Source: a bacterium (GTDB lineage: Bacteria > Fidelibacterota > Fidelibacteria > Fidelibacterales > Fidelibacteraceae). Taken from it: 64,000 nucleotides of DNA. Where the stretch lies: the NCBI GenBank assembly GCA_963676395.1, contig OY781066.1, positions 832,001-896,000 on the forward strand, written 5' to 3'. The translations under genes were made by a program, and so were the position numbers. The notes beneath the pieces are model-generated. The model was not told the origin of the DNA. It worked only from the letters and a program-made list of their open reading frames with translations, and made no database searches. This document shows positions 11,006 through 21,361 of this stretch, piece after piece. Every line of letters starts with the position of its first letter. Positions within the stretch are counted from its first letter, which is position 1.

Positions 11006-12463
11006 TTAGTGTATTTTTTTAGGATTAAACAAATAATGAACCATGATTAAAACCGAAAAAAGCTCTAATCTTCCTAATAACATGCTAAAGCTTAGAACCA
11101 GCTTGGAAATATTATCGAAAAAAGCATAGTTCTCAATGGCTCCCACTCGGGCAAGTCCCGGACCAATATTACTCAAGGTGGCAACCGATGCCGAAAATGA
11201 GGTAACAATATCATAGCCCCTGAATGTCAGAAACAAATTGATAGCAGCAAATAATCCGATAAAAAGTATAATAAATGCAATCACATTTTTCATAACACTT
11301 TCCTGGACCTTGTCTTTACCGATCTTAAGTGAAAAAACAGCATTGGGGTAGGTGATCTTTCTAATCTCTTTTACAACGAATTTTCCACCGATCATTATAC
11401 GAATCTGTTTCATACCTCCACCCGTTGATCCGGCACAACCACCTACGAACATTAAAAGGATCAAAATGATCTTGGTAAATGTGGGCCATAATTCAAAATT
11501 GGCGGTACAATATCCTGTAGTAGTTACAATTGAAACAACTTGAAAAGAAGCATAACGCAGAGCTGATCCGACATTATAACCAAGATTTGAATTTATAATA
11601 CTGATAGTGATCAGCAATATTGCAATAAGCACCATCGAAAGATAAAATTGCCATTCCCTGTTTTTAATCACTTCTTTTAAACGACCTTGAATGAGAAAAA
11701 AATGTAAAGCAAAGTTGGTGCCTGCCAAAAACATAAAAACAAGAATAACCATCTCAATGTATAAACTATTAAATCCCGCAACAGAAGCATTCAATGTTGA
11801 GAATCCACCGGTTGCAAGTGTTCCAAATGTATGGCAAAGCGCGTTATAAAGATCCATGCCACCAAACATCAGAAAAACGGTTTCCATAACGGTTAAGCCA
11901 ATATATATAAGCCATAGGATCCTGGCCGTATCTTTGATCTTTGGACTAATTTTATCTTTTGTCGGACCGGGGACCTCTGCTCGAAACAACTGCGTAGAAC
12001 TTAATCCCAATGCAGGCAGAATAATAATAGTCAGTAAAATAATCCCCATTCCACCCAACCAGTGAGTTAAACTTCTCCAAAAAAGTATACCCTTGGGAAC
12101 AATTTCTATGTTGGTCAGGACTGTTGCTCCGGTTGTTGTAAAACCCGACATTGTTTCAAACACACAATCAACAAAGTTTCCATCGAACACACCTTGGAAA
12201 TAAAATGGGAGCGCACCGAAAATGGTAGCAAACACCCATCCCAAAGACACAATAACAAAGCCTTCGCGAGTTCGCAGCGGCTTGGTCGAATGAAAACTTA
12301 GCATCATGATAAGCCCTACTGCCAAAGTTATTAAAATACTCCACACCAGTGCCATTGCGTCACCGGATCCATAGTACAAAGAGAATAGCAAGGGCAAACA
12401 CATTGACACAGCAATGACAATAAGAACAATTCCAAGAATTTTAAAGATCGCTTTCCAGTTCAT
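11006..12463 (-). CDS. trkH: Trk K+ uptake membrane subunit
   Basis: FETMSGFTTTGAT, WLGGMG, TGGFS, GSTGGGMK, NIGPG, GRLE. Confidence 0.95.
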   Translation of the reverse strand: MNWKAIFKILGIVLIVIAVSMCLPLLFSLYYGSGDAMALVWSILITLAVGLIMMLSFHSTKPLRTREGFVIVSLGWVFATIFGALPFYFQGVFDGNFVDCVFETMSGFTTTGATVLTNIEIVPKGILFWRSLTHWLGGMGIILLTIIILPALGLSSTQLFRAEVPGPTKDKISPKIKDTARILWLIYIGLTVMETVFLMFGGMDLYNALCHTFGTLATGGFSTLNASVAGFNSLYIEMVILVFMFLAGTNFALHFFLIQGRLKEVIKNREWQFYLSMVLIAILLITISIINSNLGYNVGSALRYASFQVVSIVTTTGYCTANFELWPTFTKIILILLMFVGGCAGSTGGGMKQIRIMIGGKFVVKEIRKITYPNAVFSLKIGKDKVQESVMKNVIAFIILFIGLFAAINLFLTFRGYDIVTSFSASVATLSNIGPGLARVGAIENYAFFDNISKLVLSFSMLLGRLELFSVLIMVHYLFNPKKIH

Positions 12464-12474
12464 TTATATCCCTG

Positions 12475-13821
12475 TTATGCAAACAATTTTTCTACTTGTT
12501 TTTTTGATTGAGGTAATACGAAAACAATGACGATATCACCCAGCTTAATTTCATCATTTCCATGAGGTATGATCACTTCTTCATCTCTCATGATCGCACC
12601 CACGATCATTCCTGCTGGAAATTTAATATCACTCAGTGGCTTATCAAGTAATGATATTTTTTTAGATATTTTAATTTTAATTGTCTCAGCATCAACATAA
12701 GGCACCGGAGTAACTGATAATATATCCCCTTTACGGCAATATTTAATAATCTCCCCAAATGCCAGAGATTCGGTAGAAAATACTGAGTCGATATCTTTTA
12801 CCTGATGAATAATCGAAGAGACCGCAACATTAGAGATATTACAAACGGCTTTGTAAGCATGATTTCTTTTTGCCATAACCGCAGAAATAATATTATGCTC
12901 ATCTTTACCGGTAACACAGGCAACAAAAGAATTTTCCATTTCCAAGTCAGACAAGATCGATTGATTTAAACCTGATCCATTTATAATTAAAACATTATCC
13001 AATTCTTCGGTTAATCTGTGACAGATCTTTTCGTCTTCTTCAATAATGGTGACTTTCCGACCTTCTTTAACCATTCTCTTAGCAAATTCTTTACCAATTC
13101 GATTACCACCGATGATCACAACGGATTTAATTTTTACATGTGATGCAAAATAACGTTTGATCACTTCTTTAAGGGCATTGGATTTACCTATAATGTAAAG
13201 TTTATCTCCGGGCTGAAGCACATCTTCTCCACCGGGGATCAATACCTTATTATCTTTTTGAATAGCAATAATACGAACATTTTCCCAAACTTTATTATCT
13301 TCAGTGATCTCTTTAAGTTTAATAGAACCATTTGCAAAACTATCGCTAATAGTTGTACCGATGACCTTAACATTTTCATGCATGAAATGAATATGGTCCA
13401 TTGCATCCGGCTCAGAAATAAGATCTACCAGCTTATTGATCGACAATTGTTTTGTTGCAACCGTTTTATCTATACCAAAATCTCCAGGTACATTCGGCTC
13501 AACCGGAAAATAGTGCATATAGTTTTCCACTTTTGCAATAGTCGTAGCATCACTAAGCTTCTTTACCAACCCACAGGCAATGATATTTACATTATCATTA
13601 TTGCTGAGCGCTAAAAATAAATCTGCCTTTTCAATATTTGCCTGCTTTAATATCCGCACATTATTCCCATCACCATTAATGATGAGACCGTCAATACTGT
13701 CATTTAAATATTTTGACTGTTTCTCGGATTTTTCTATTACGGTAATCTTATGGTTTTCGCGGATCAATTGCTCAGCAACCATTGAACCTAATTCACCTCC
13801 GCCAACAATTACAATATTCAT
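12475..13821 (-). CDS. trkA: Trk K+ uptake NAD-binding subunit
   Basis: Two RCK_N (GGGELG; GGNRIG) and two RCK_C domains; directly upstream of trkH. Confidence 0.93.
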   Translation of the reverse strand: MNIVIVGGGELGSMVAEQLIRENHKITVIEKSEKQSKYLNDSIDGLIINGDGNNVRILKQANIEKADLFLALSNNDNVNIIACGLVKKLSDATTIAKVENYMHYFPVEPNVPGDFGIDKTVATKQLSINKLVDLISEPDAMDHIHFMHENVKVIGTTISDSFANGSIKLKEITEDNKVWENVRIIAIQKDNKVLIPGGEDVLQPGDKLYIIGKSNALKEVIKRYFASHVKIKSVVIIGGNRIGKEFAKRMVKEGRKVTIIEEDEKICHRLTEELDNVLIINGSGLNQSILSDLEMENSFVACVTGKDEHNIISAVMAKRNHAYKAVCNISNVAVSSIIHQVKDIDSVFSTESLAFGEIIKYCRKGDILSVTPVPYVDAETIKIKISKKISLLDKPLSDIKFPAGMIVGAIMRDEEVIIPHGNDEIKLGDIVIVFVLPQSKKQVEKLFA

Positions 13822-14066
13822 ATAGTAACCTTATCTTTAAGAAAATTGATCATCCAGATTGTCTGATTATGAAATTATTTCTTTGCTTGTGTTCGTCGTT
13901 TTATACAACATGGACGAATTTTATACAAATACATCTCCAAAAACAATGATTATTGTTGTATTTGATGTTGAACAATTGAATTGAGCCAAATCATATTAAT
14001 CATACAGACTTCTTTTTTGTATTCAAAAACTTCATTATCTTACTAAGTAAACTTAGTGAGGTAAAT

Positions 14067-15182
14067 ATGTCAAAAAAAATAATTCCAATTCTAATGCTCG
14101 TTCTTCTGGCGCTTACAACTTCTTGCACAAAAAAATATCCCGAGCTGTCTTCTTCTGATGCTTTAGCAGCCGATACTCTTGGTATAGAGCAAAGCTATTT
14201 GCAAGAGCTTCTTAATAAACCTCTTTACGAATTCAGTGAAAAAGATATTGATACTTACTTGCCTTACCTTCAGTACACTATTCCGGAAATACACGAGAGA
14301 ATAAAACATCTGGCAAGAAAAAGTTTAGGACAACCATACGATATCTACCTTCTAGGCGAATACCCTACCGAGATCTATGACGAACAACCCTTATTTTGTC
14401 TGGATAAAAGTGATTGTGTCGTATTTACCGAACATATTCTTGCTATGGCTATGGGGCATGATTGGCAAAGTTTCTTTTCCATTCTTCAACGTATTCGATA
14501 TAAAGACGGGATCATTTCATATATAACACGAAACCATTTTTCAGAATACGACTGGGGACCAAATAATGCCTGGATCGCTGACAATATTACCGATAAACTG
14601 GCCGGAAAGTATGTCGAAACCGATACAGCATATATCGACAAAGGTCGTTTCTTTAAACGTCGCGGTGTCCCCTATCACATAGAAAAAGATTCCATTATCT
14701 GGAGTTATATTCCTATGAAGGCCATGCCTTTGGTACTAAACAAACTGCAAACGGGTGATATTGTTAATGTCGTTCGAGGATATAAAGCAGGTCGATGGAT
14801 CGGTCATTTTGGCATGGTAATGAAAGATGACGATGGAACAGTTTATTTTTTACATTCTACAAATCCAAAGGTCATTCAGCAGCCCTTTATTGAGGTTTTA
14901 GATAAAATCAATGCATCAAACCTTGAAAAAGAAAAATACAATGCTCCGCTGGAGCTTAAAAATCTAGAGATCAAAGCTTACAATAAAGAACATCCCGAGG
15001 AACCTCTACCTTATGAGAAACTTAAAACTTATACTCTAGGTTATCGATTCTTGCGGGTAAAAGATGACCCTTTGAAAAATATTATGCAAGAAGGTCAGGA
15101 ATTGAGGCTACAGGTAGTTCCGGTCAACATGCCGGCACCAAAAGCCAGCAGACCTGATTCCGTTTTGAACGATCTATACTAA
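14067..15182 (+). CDS. DUF1460 family (NlpC/P60-like amidase) lipoprotein
   Basis: Lipobox TTSC; DCVVFTE, IRY.DG, RNHF, HFG, HS motifs. Confidence 0.75.
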   Translation: MSKKIIPILMLVLLALTTSCTKKYPELSSSDALAADTLGIEQSYLQELLNKPLYEFSEKDIDTYLPYLQYTIPEIHERIKHLARKSLGQPYDIYLLGEYPTEIYDEQPLFCLDKSDCVVFTEHILAMAMGHDWQSFFSILQRIRYKDGIISYITRNHFSEYDWGPNNAWIADNITDKLAGKYVETDTAYIDKGRFFKRRGVPYHIEKDSIIWSYIPMKAMPLVLNKLQTGDIVNVVRGYKAGRWIGHFGMVMKDDDGTVYFLHSTNPKVIQQPFIEVLDKINASNLEKEKYNAPLELKNLEIKAYNKEHPEEPLPYEKLKTYTLGYRFLRVKDDPLKNIMQEGQELRLQVVPVNMPAPKASRPDSVLNDLY

Positions 15183-15194
15183 ATTCGAGGTCCT

Positions 15195-16277
15195 ATGAAC
15201 AATATGGCAGCTGTAAATATTGCGGTTCTTGCCATTGGATTTTCGCAATCACTCTTTGCGGGGATTATGACTCTGCTTAAAAAAAACGCCAGACTGCCGG
15301 ACAAAATCCTGGCGGTTTGGCTTTTTGCTATATCTACACAAATGTTGATTTCACTCCTCAACCTAAAGTACAATATTATGGCCTTCCCCATTTCACCCTT
15401 TATTTACGGCCCATTGATGTACATTTATATCCGAACGCTTATAGATGATGAGCCAAAACTAAGATCATATTATATCTCCTGGCTTTTACCGATTACAGCA
15501 TTTTTCATTTTGGGGATCATCTATCGAAACCAATCTATACTCTCCTTTGATAGTTTTTTAGACAAGGGACCATACAGAGGTTTGCGCTTTTCATATGCAA
15601 TTATGCTAATGGTATCATTTATCGTTTACTCAATTTTCACCTTTATTAAGATTGGAAAGCATCGAAAAAAAATAAAAGAACTTTTTTCATATACCTCTAA
15701 AAAAATCACACTGGGTTGGGCACTTTTTGTATCAATTTCATTTTTTGTATTATACTTTGGACTTTTTGTCTTGGGATTTACTCGCGTATTATCAAAAAAC
15801 TTCAACTTTGATCCTTTGCTTATCGGCAACTTGATCCTTGTCTTTTATTCTTTTGCCTTTTCGATTTTCGGCTACCAACAAGAACGTATCTATCCCGATG
15901 AATCAAAAGAAAAATATCAACGATCGGGATTACATCCTGCAACTCGTGAAAAATTGCGCCTGGAATTGCTTTCTTGCATGGAAAAAGAAAAACTATACCT
16001 TAACCCTGAATTAAGTATTCTTGATGTTTCTCGAAAATTAGAGACCCAGCGGCATTATATTACCCAAATCCTTAATAATGACATGAAAAAAAACTTTTTC
16101 AGTTTTATTAATGAATACAGAATTGAAGAAGCAAAACAGCGTTTAAACGATAATAAATATTCCAACCTCACCATATTAGCAATTGGCTATGATTCGGGCT
16201 TTAACTCAAAATCTTCATTTAATACTCTATTTAAGAAATATGTGGGAATGACGCCGTCGGAATATAGAAAATTATGA
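15195..16277 (+). CDS. Membrane-bound AraC family transcriptional regulator
   Basis: N-terminal TM segments; C-terminal NFFSFINEYRIEEAK...GFNSKSSFNTLFKK.GMTPSEYR. Confidence 0.92.
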   Translation: MNNMAAVNIAVLAIGFSQSLFAGIMTLLKKNARLPDKILAVWLFAISTQMLISLLNLKYNIMAFPISPFIYGPLMYIYIRTLIDDEPKLRSYYISWLLPITAFFILGIIYRNQSILSFDSFLDKGPYRGLRFSYAIMLMVSFIVYSIFTFIKIGKHRKKIKELFSYTSKKITLGWALFVSISFFVLYFGLFVLGFTRVLSKNFNFDPLLIGNLILVFYSFAFSIFGYQQERIYPDESKEKYQRSGLHPATREKLRLELLSCMEKEKLYLNPELSILDVSRKLETQRHYITQILNNDMKKNFFSFINEYRIEEAKQRLNDNKYSNLTILAIGYDSGFNSKSSFNTLFKKYVGMTPSEYRKL

Positions 16278-16305
16278 ATCACAGAGCGTCTACTAAAACG
16301 TAATA

Positions 16306-17526
16306 TTATTTTTCACCCTTTGTTTCAATATACCCTTTCACCATAACCATGATCTTCTCCAGTACATCAAGATCCATGGTTCCCAATATATCATCCGGAT
16401 GATGATAAGGTTGTTTACCTCCGGACGAATAAAAGAAAATGGCTTTATTGCGAGCCAAGGTAAAAGGGAAATGATCACTGTTTTTCGCATTATCACGCAA
16501 TTTTATTTTTCCAAATTCCTGTTTTTCTGCAATAGTTTGAAAAATTGCGGCTTCGTTGGGGTAGTCCTTAGCAGCCACAGCACCCCAGCCATCATGACCC
16601 GAACCGATCATATCCAAATTCAACATCATCATATTTTGTTTCAAAGGCCGAACGGGTCTACGCACATATTTTCGGGAACCGTAAAGACCCTGCTCTTCTC
16701 CTGTAAAAAAGCAAAAGATCAGTGTGACAGGAGGTGGATTTTCTGCATAATATCGCGCCAAAGCCAACAAGACAGCTACTCCGGATCCATTATCATTGGC
16801 ACCCGGATAATACAAATCACCATAGGCTCCCATATGATCATAATGTGCACCCAAAGTGATAACAGAATCCGGCATGTCGCTACCTTTGATCATACTAATC
16901 ACATTATGTGTTAAAGTTGATGTGTATCTCGTTTTATGATAAGCATAAATATGTTTAATCGTATCCGGCAAAACATCCTTTACAACCTGAAATGTTACCT
17001 GAGGAAATTGTTTGTTTTGACGACTTACAATGGGATAGTTTTCTTCAAACAGCAGGATCTTATTCCGATCCTGTCTTGGAGCATGCTCAATCATATATCG
17101 TTTGACGCCCGACAAAGAGGTCAAATTCAACTTATCTTTTAGCTTCTCCAACTCCTCTGTATTTACTCGATGTACCTCATCCGCTTTATAACAGGCATCT
17201 GTCGTTGGGCAAAAAGGATGCGGAATATAGTCGTATCCAACTCTCAAAGTATCATAATTTATCACAAGAATGGGATCATCTTGTGGCACATTGATCTTGA
17301 TCCGAACATTTTGTTTGCTGACATTCAACCCGATATTTTTAAGTTCTCCGGAAATATAATCTTCAGCCTTATAGATACCTCCGCGGGCGATCCCACGCCC
17401 GAAACACTCCTTGGAAGACAAATATGCGATATCTTTTTTGAAATAATTTTGCAGATCTATATCACTTTCTGTACCCGCAATAAGAAAAGCAAACAGCCAT
17501 ATCAGCAAAACAAGAACCTTTTTCAC
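16306..17526 (-). CDS. M28 family metallopeptidase
   Basis: GAHYDH, GANDNGSG, GEEQGL.GS, NLDMIG, SDH, YHHPDD. Confidence 0.9.
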   Translation of the reverse strand: MKKVLVLLIWLFAFLIAGTESDIDLQNYFKKDIAYLSSKECFGRGIARGGIYKAEDYISGELKNIGLNVSKQNVRIKINVPQDDPILVINYDTLRVGYDYIPHPFCPTTDACYKADEVHRVNTEELEKLKDKLNLTSLSGVKRYMIEHAPRQDRNKILLFEENYPIVSRQNKQFPQVTFQVVKDVLPDTIKHIYAYHKTRYTSTLTHNVISMIKGSDMPDSVITLGAHYDHMGAYGDLYYPGANDNGSGVAVLLALARYYAENPPPVTLIFCFFTGEEQGLYGSRKYVRRPVRPLKQNMMMLNLDMIGSGHDGWGAVAAKDYPNEAAIFQTIAEKQEFGKIKLRDNAKNSDHFPFTLARNKAIFFYSSGGKQPYHHPDDILGTMDLDVLEKIMVMVKGYIETKGEK

Positions 17527-17622
17527 AATAATTCTCCAATTTTATCTAATTTTCTATAAAAATATAAAAAAAAACCTTGCCTCTAAGAACAAAACATTTT
17601 ATTATTTCGGGCTTTGATAAGT

Positions 17623-17694
17623 GTCCCGTTCGTTCAGCGGTTAGGACTCAGGATTTTCATTCCTGCAACAGGGGTTCGATTCCCCTACGGGATA
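17623..17694 (+). tRNA. tRNA-Glu(TTC); CCA not encoded
   Basis: Acceptor GTCCCGT/ACGGGAT; anticodon arm CAGGA-TTTTCAT-TCCTG; T-arm AGGGG-TTCGATT-CCCCT. Confidence 0.95.
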
Positions 17695-17699
17695 CAAGC

Positions 17700-17728
17700 A
17701 AAACACCCGATCTGAGATCGGGTGTTTT
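17700..17728 (+). terminator. Terminator after tRNA-Glu
   Basis: aaaacacccgatc-tga-gatcgggtgtttt hairpin. Confidence 0.8.
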
Positions 17729-17892
17729 CGTTATGGGTCGTTTTTAAAGGCAAATCATTTAATCAACAGTCTTAATCATTTGATTCAAAAAAATAAGGAA
17801 CGCTCAAGAGCGCTCCTTACATTCATTCCACGTACCTTTAAACTATGTACTTTAGATTTTCTTTTTCCCTTTGTCTTGAGAACGTAGCAAGA

Positions 17893-18228
17893 TTAATGAT
17901 CACAAGGATTTTCACCGGTCATCAATGAATCCTGAAGCCATGCCTTTACCACGTCTTCAGGGTCACCCGAAGGTGCACCAATTACAACCTGAATACCATT
18001 ATGAGCAAATAATTGTTGTGCTTTCATACCCATACCACCGGCAAGAATGACATTGGCTTTTTTTTCAGCCAACCAACGAGGTAAAACACCGGGCTCATGA
18101 GGTGGTGGTGTTTTATCTTCAAATGAAACGATATTTTTATCGTCATCTACCGTAAACAAACGGAATTTTTCACAGTGTCCAAAGTGCATTGATAATTGGC
18201 CTTGTACCATTGGAATTGCAATGATCAT
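17893..18228 (-). CDS. NifB/NifX family (FeMo-cofactor-binding-like) protein
   Basis: HFGHC, HEPG, AGGMG and C-terminal CDH. Confidence 0.85.
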   Translation of the reverse strand: MIIAIPMVQGQLSMHFGHCEKFRLFTVDDDKNIVSFEDKTPPPHEPGVLPRWLAEKKANVILAGGMGMKAQQLFAHNGIQVVIGAPSGDPEDVVKAWLQDSLMTGENPCDH

Positions 18229-18237
18229 ATTTTTCTC

Positions 18238-20040
18238 CTAATTCATATTGTATTCGTTTTTCAATTTATTATAGATATTTTTTATCGACTTCGCAGCATC
18301 AGAATTCGAATAATGTATAACCGATACTTCTTCTCTCAAAGCATGTTCTACACTTTCATCAAAAGGAATTTCACCCAATACGGTGATTTTTTCTTTAGAG
18401 CAAAATTTAATAATCTCTTCTTTTTGATCCGAGTTCATATCTGATTTATTTATTACAAGCGTAGCGTGCAAATTAAAATGCTTACACAATTTTACCGCAC
18501 GTTTCATATCATGAACGGCAGACATACCGGGTTCAGTGACGATAATAGCTAAATCAGCTCCGGTCGTTGCAGCGATAACAGGACAACCGGTTCCCGGCGG
18601 ACCGTCACCCAAGATCTGTTTCAATTCTTTCTCGTGCGCCACAGCATAAGATTGCTCCTTTACTTGTGAAACAAGTTTACCGGAATTCTCCTCTCCCACA
18701 TGAAGGAAAGCATGTGAAACAGGCCCTCTCACACTCTCAGAGAGGAAAACATAACCCGTCTCAGTATCTTCCATGACTATCGCATCTTCAGGACAGAGAA
18801 GCGTGCAAAACCCACACCCCTCACAAGCTTCATCAATAATCATGTGTTCTTCATTAATAGCATTAAAATGGCAATTTTGTCTACACAGATCACAATGTGT
18901 GCATTTATCTCCATTGATCACGGCCTTTTGCCCTCCGATAAAACGCTTTTCAGAGATCCGTTTCCCTTTTAACATAATGGGTAAATTCGAAGCATCCACA
19001 TCAGCATCAAAAAATAGGGTGTCGTTTGTCATTTCGGCCAGTGCGGCCGAAAGTGTTGTTTTACCGGTTCCACCCTTTCCACTCATGATCACAAATTCAT
19101 TGCAATCTTTAGCCTTAGATTGTCCTTGCCTCTCATAGATTTGCTGTTCACTGAATTGAGTTACCTTGAGAGCCGGTAGCTCTTCTTGTTGCTTGATCCC
19201 CTCAAGAATTTGACCTGTAATACGTCCGAGCTCAATTTTCAATTCTCCATGTTCCTCCATCAGGATCTTGCCTTCGGAACACGAGCGGGCATAACGTTTA
19301 TCAAAAGGGATACGCCCAATAATCGGCACACCACTCTCACGGGAAAATTCCGTGATGATATCTTGCTCTCCTCTTGAGCGATTGACAATGATAGCCGTTG
19401 GTATCTTTATTTGAGCAGCAAGTGCAGCCGCCATTTTTAAATCATTTAATCCAAAGGGTGTCGGCTCCGTCACTAAAAGCACCAAATCCGAGCCCAGCAT
19501 CGTTTCACGCACGGGACAGCCCGCCCCGGGAGATGCATCATAAATTGTTATTGTCTCTTCATTGGGCATGTTTTTTAATTGTCGAATAATTTCCGGAGCT
19601 TGTACTTCTCCTATATTCAACTCTCCCCATGAAAGCTTAAAAGGCTGATCTTTATCTATAAAATGAAATTTTCCTATGGCTTTAGGCTTCAAAGACATTG
19701 CATGATTCGGGCAAACATATTCGCACGCTCCGCATGAATGACAAAGCTCCTCAAATATCAAGGGTTTATTCAGTAAAACTGTAATCGCATTATACTTACA
19801 GGACGTTGCACAAAGGCCTTGACCATCACATATATCCTCATTTACGGAAGCTTTTTTCACATAAGCATTCTCACTGCGATCCGGCTCTTTACTCATAAAT
19901 AAATGGGCATTAGCAGCATCTACATCACAATCCACAAGATGTGTACTTAATTTAAGTTCTTTGGCAAAATATGAGGCTAAACTTAAAGCCAGTGTTGTTT
20001 TTCCGGTCCCACCTTTACCGCTTGCTATGGTTATCTTCAT
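18238..20040 (-). CDS. Fused tandem MinD-superfamily P-loop ATPase with 4Fe-4S ferredoxin inserts
   Basis: Two SGKGGTGKTT motifs, two DxDVD motifs, several CxxCxxCxxxC clusters, two PGxGCPV and VTEP motifs. Confidence 0.88.
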   Translation of the reverse strand: MKITIASGKGGTGKTTLALSLASYFAKELKLSTHLVDCDVDAANAHLFMSKEPDRSENAYVKKASVNEDICDGQGLCATSCKYNAITVLLNKPLIFEELCHSCGACEYVCPNHAMSLKPKAIGKFHFIDKDQPFKLSWGELNIGEVQAPEIIRQLKNMPNEETITIYDASPGAGCPVRETMLGSDLVLLVTEPTPFGLNDLKMAAALAAQIKIPTAIIVNRSRGEQDIITEFSRESGVPIIGRIPFDKRYARSCSEGKILMEEHGELKIELGRITGQILEGIKQQEELPALKVTQFSEQQIYERQGQSKAKDCNEFVIMSGKGGTGKTTLSAALAEMTNDTLFFDADVDASNLPIMLKGKRISEKRFIGGQKAVINGDKCTHCDLCRQNCHFNAINEEHMIIDEACEGCGFCTLLCPEDAIVMEDTETGYVFLSESVRGPVSHAFLHVGEENSGKLVSQVKEQSYAVAHEKELKQILGDGPPGTGCPVIAATTGADLAIIVTEPGMSAVHDMKRAVKLCKHFNLHATLVINKSDMNSDQKEEIIKFCSKEKITVLGEIPFDESVEHALREEVSVIHYSNSDAAKSIKNIYNKLKNEYNMN

Positions 20041-20155
20041 CGTTTTTCTTTCTACCATATCGTATCAATTCAATGATTAAGATTAAAATTGAGATAGAAG
20101 TAAGTTACGAAGAGTAAGCTTCATCACGGAAGCCAACTCAACGCTTGCTTAATCC

Positions 20156-20518
20156 TTAAACCCAATGTCCCTCAACATCAGCGGACGATGCATACTTAAG
20201 CGCTCCACTCTCAAACTTCACTATAGCCTCTGATATCTTTCCGCTTACTCCCGTGATCACCTTCACGCCGACGGTGTCAAACACCCGAAAGGCTTTGGGT
20301 CCGCAATGACTTGTCAGGCAAACATCGGCCTTCATATTAACAACATGCGTGGCAGACTGTATACCCGCTCCCTGAGCTGCTTGATAGTTTTGTTCGTTTG
20401 ATACAAAAGATACCGCTTTACTCTCGGTATCATAAGATACAAAATATGCACAGCGACCAAACCGCTGATCGATATCGGCACTTAAATCTTTTCCGTTTGA
20501 AGGAAATGCTAAAATCAT
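20156..20518 (-). CDS. NifB/NifX family protein
   Basis: RFGRC, GAGIQ, GPKAF motifs. Confidence 0.85.
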   Translation of the reverse strand: MILAFPSNGKDLSADIDQRFGRCAYFVSYDTESKAVSFVSNEQNYQAAQGAGIQSATHVVNMKADVCLTSHCGPKAFRVFDTVGVKVITGVSGKISEAIVKFESGALKYASSADVEGHWV

Positions 20519-20588
20519 TTATCTATCTTCCTGATTTATCTGTTAACTGGTTTACTTGATATACTAAACGTGGCAATGCTTCGATGTA

Positions 20589-20783
20589 TTACTTTGACTT
20601 GCGGACAAAGCTTCTAAACCCAGCTCTTCTCATTCCACGACCGGAACCCCGACCAAATACTTTCCCAAAAGATCGAGTGATATTAACTGAATTTTTAGTA
20701 TCGCTTGCGGGGTTACAATTTCCTAAACCTCGCCCGGTACGTGTTCCCTGCCCCATTGGACCTTTTCCATTTAAACCAGGCAT
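20589..20783 (-). CDS. DUF5320 family Gly/Arg-rich small protein
   Basis: MPGLNGKGPMGQGTRTGRGLGNC N-terminus; usual position in this cluster. Confidence 0.75.
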   Translation of the reverse strand: MPGLNGKGPMGQGTRTGRGLGNCNPASDTKNSVNITRSFGKVFGRGSGRGMRRAGFRSFVRKSK

Positions 20784-20805
20784 CTTATGCTCCTTTTTCT
20801 TATGG

Positions 20806-21237
20806 CTATTTGCTTCTGCCTTCTGGCTCCTGCAAGGAATTTAGCGCTGTCTCAGTCTCGACAGCAGGACTTTCACAGACCGGACAATTATCTTCTTTTG
20901 GCGCGTATGAAGTTTCTGCCCATCTACGGCCGCAACCACGGCAGCGCTTTCGTTCCATAATAACGGGAGTTATCTTGATTGCTTTACCATTAATCAAAGC
21001 ATCGGCAACTTTTTGTCTTGCTCGTTTAACAATATTTCCAAAGGTCTGTCGTGATACGCCCATTAACTCGGCGGCATCGTTCTGATAGCGTTCTTCAAGA
21101 TCGGCTAAACGGATAGCCTCCAACTCATCGGCTTCCAGTGCGACCTCCTCTAATTCGATCATCGCTCTACCGCGAGGTTTAAAATATTCCGCATCAAAAT
21201 CACCATGTATTCGTCGCATTTTGTTGGGTCGTGGCAC
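20806..21237 (-). CDS. DUF134 family DNA-binding protein with C-terminal zinc ribbon
   Basis: MPRP, FKPRG, ELEAIRLAD, MGVSRQT, RQKVADAL, CxxC..CPxC; GTG start after AAGGAG. Confidence 0.85.
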   Translation of the reverse strand: MPRPNKMRRIHGDFDAEYFKPRGRAMIELEEVALEADELEAIRLADLEERYQNDAAELMGVSRQTFGNIVKRARQKVADALINGKAIKITPVIMERKRCRGCGRRWAETSYAPKEDNCPVCESPAVETETALNSLQEPEGRSK

Positions 21238-21361
21238 TAACACTCCTTTTAATATTATTGGCATATGCCAGTAATTAATTTAAGATAAAGAATTCGGCTT
21301 GGCAATAAGTATTGTTGCTTTTTATTTATTAATTATTGATAAAAATGGGGAGAATTATGAA

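Noticed and set aside
17893..20518. Nitrogen fixation genes
   Set aside because: NifX-like proteins occur without nifHDK here; the cluster is common in non-diazotrophs
17623..21300. Island integrated at tRNA-Glu
   Set aside because: No duplicated tRNA-Glu 3' end or integrase seen; the tRNA is followed directly by its terminator
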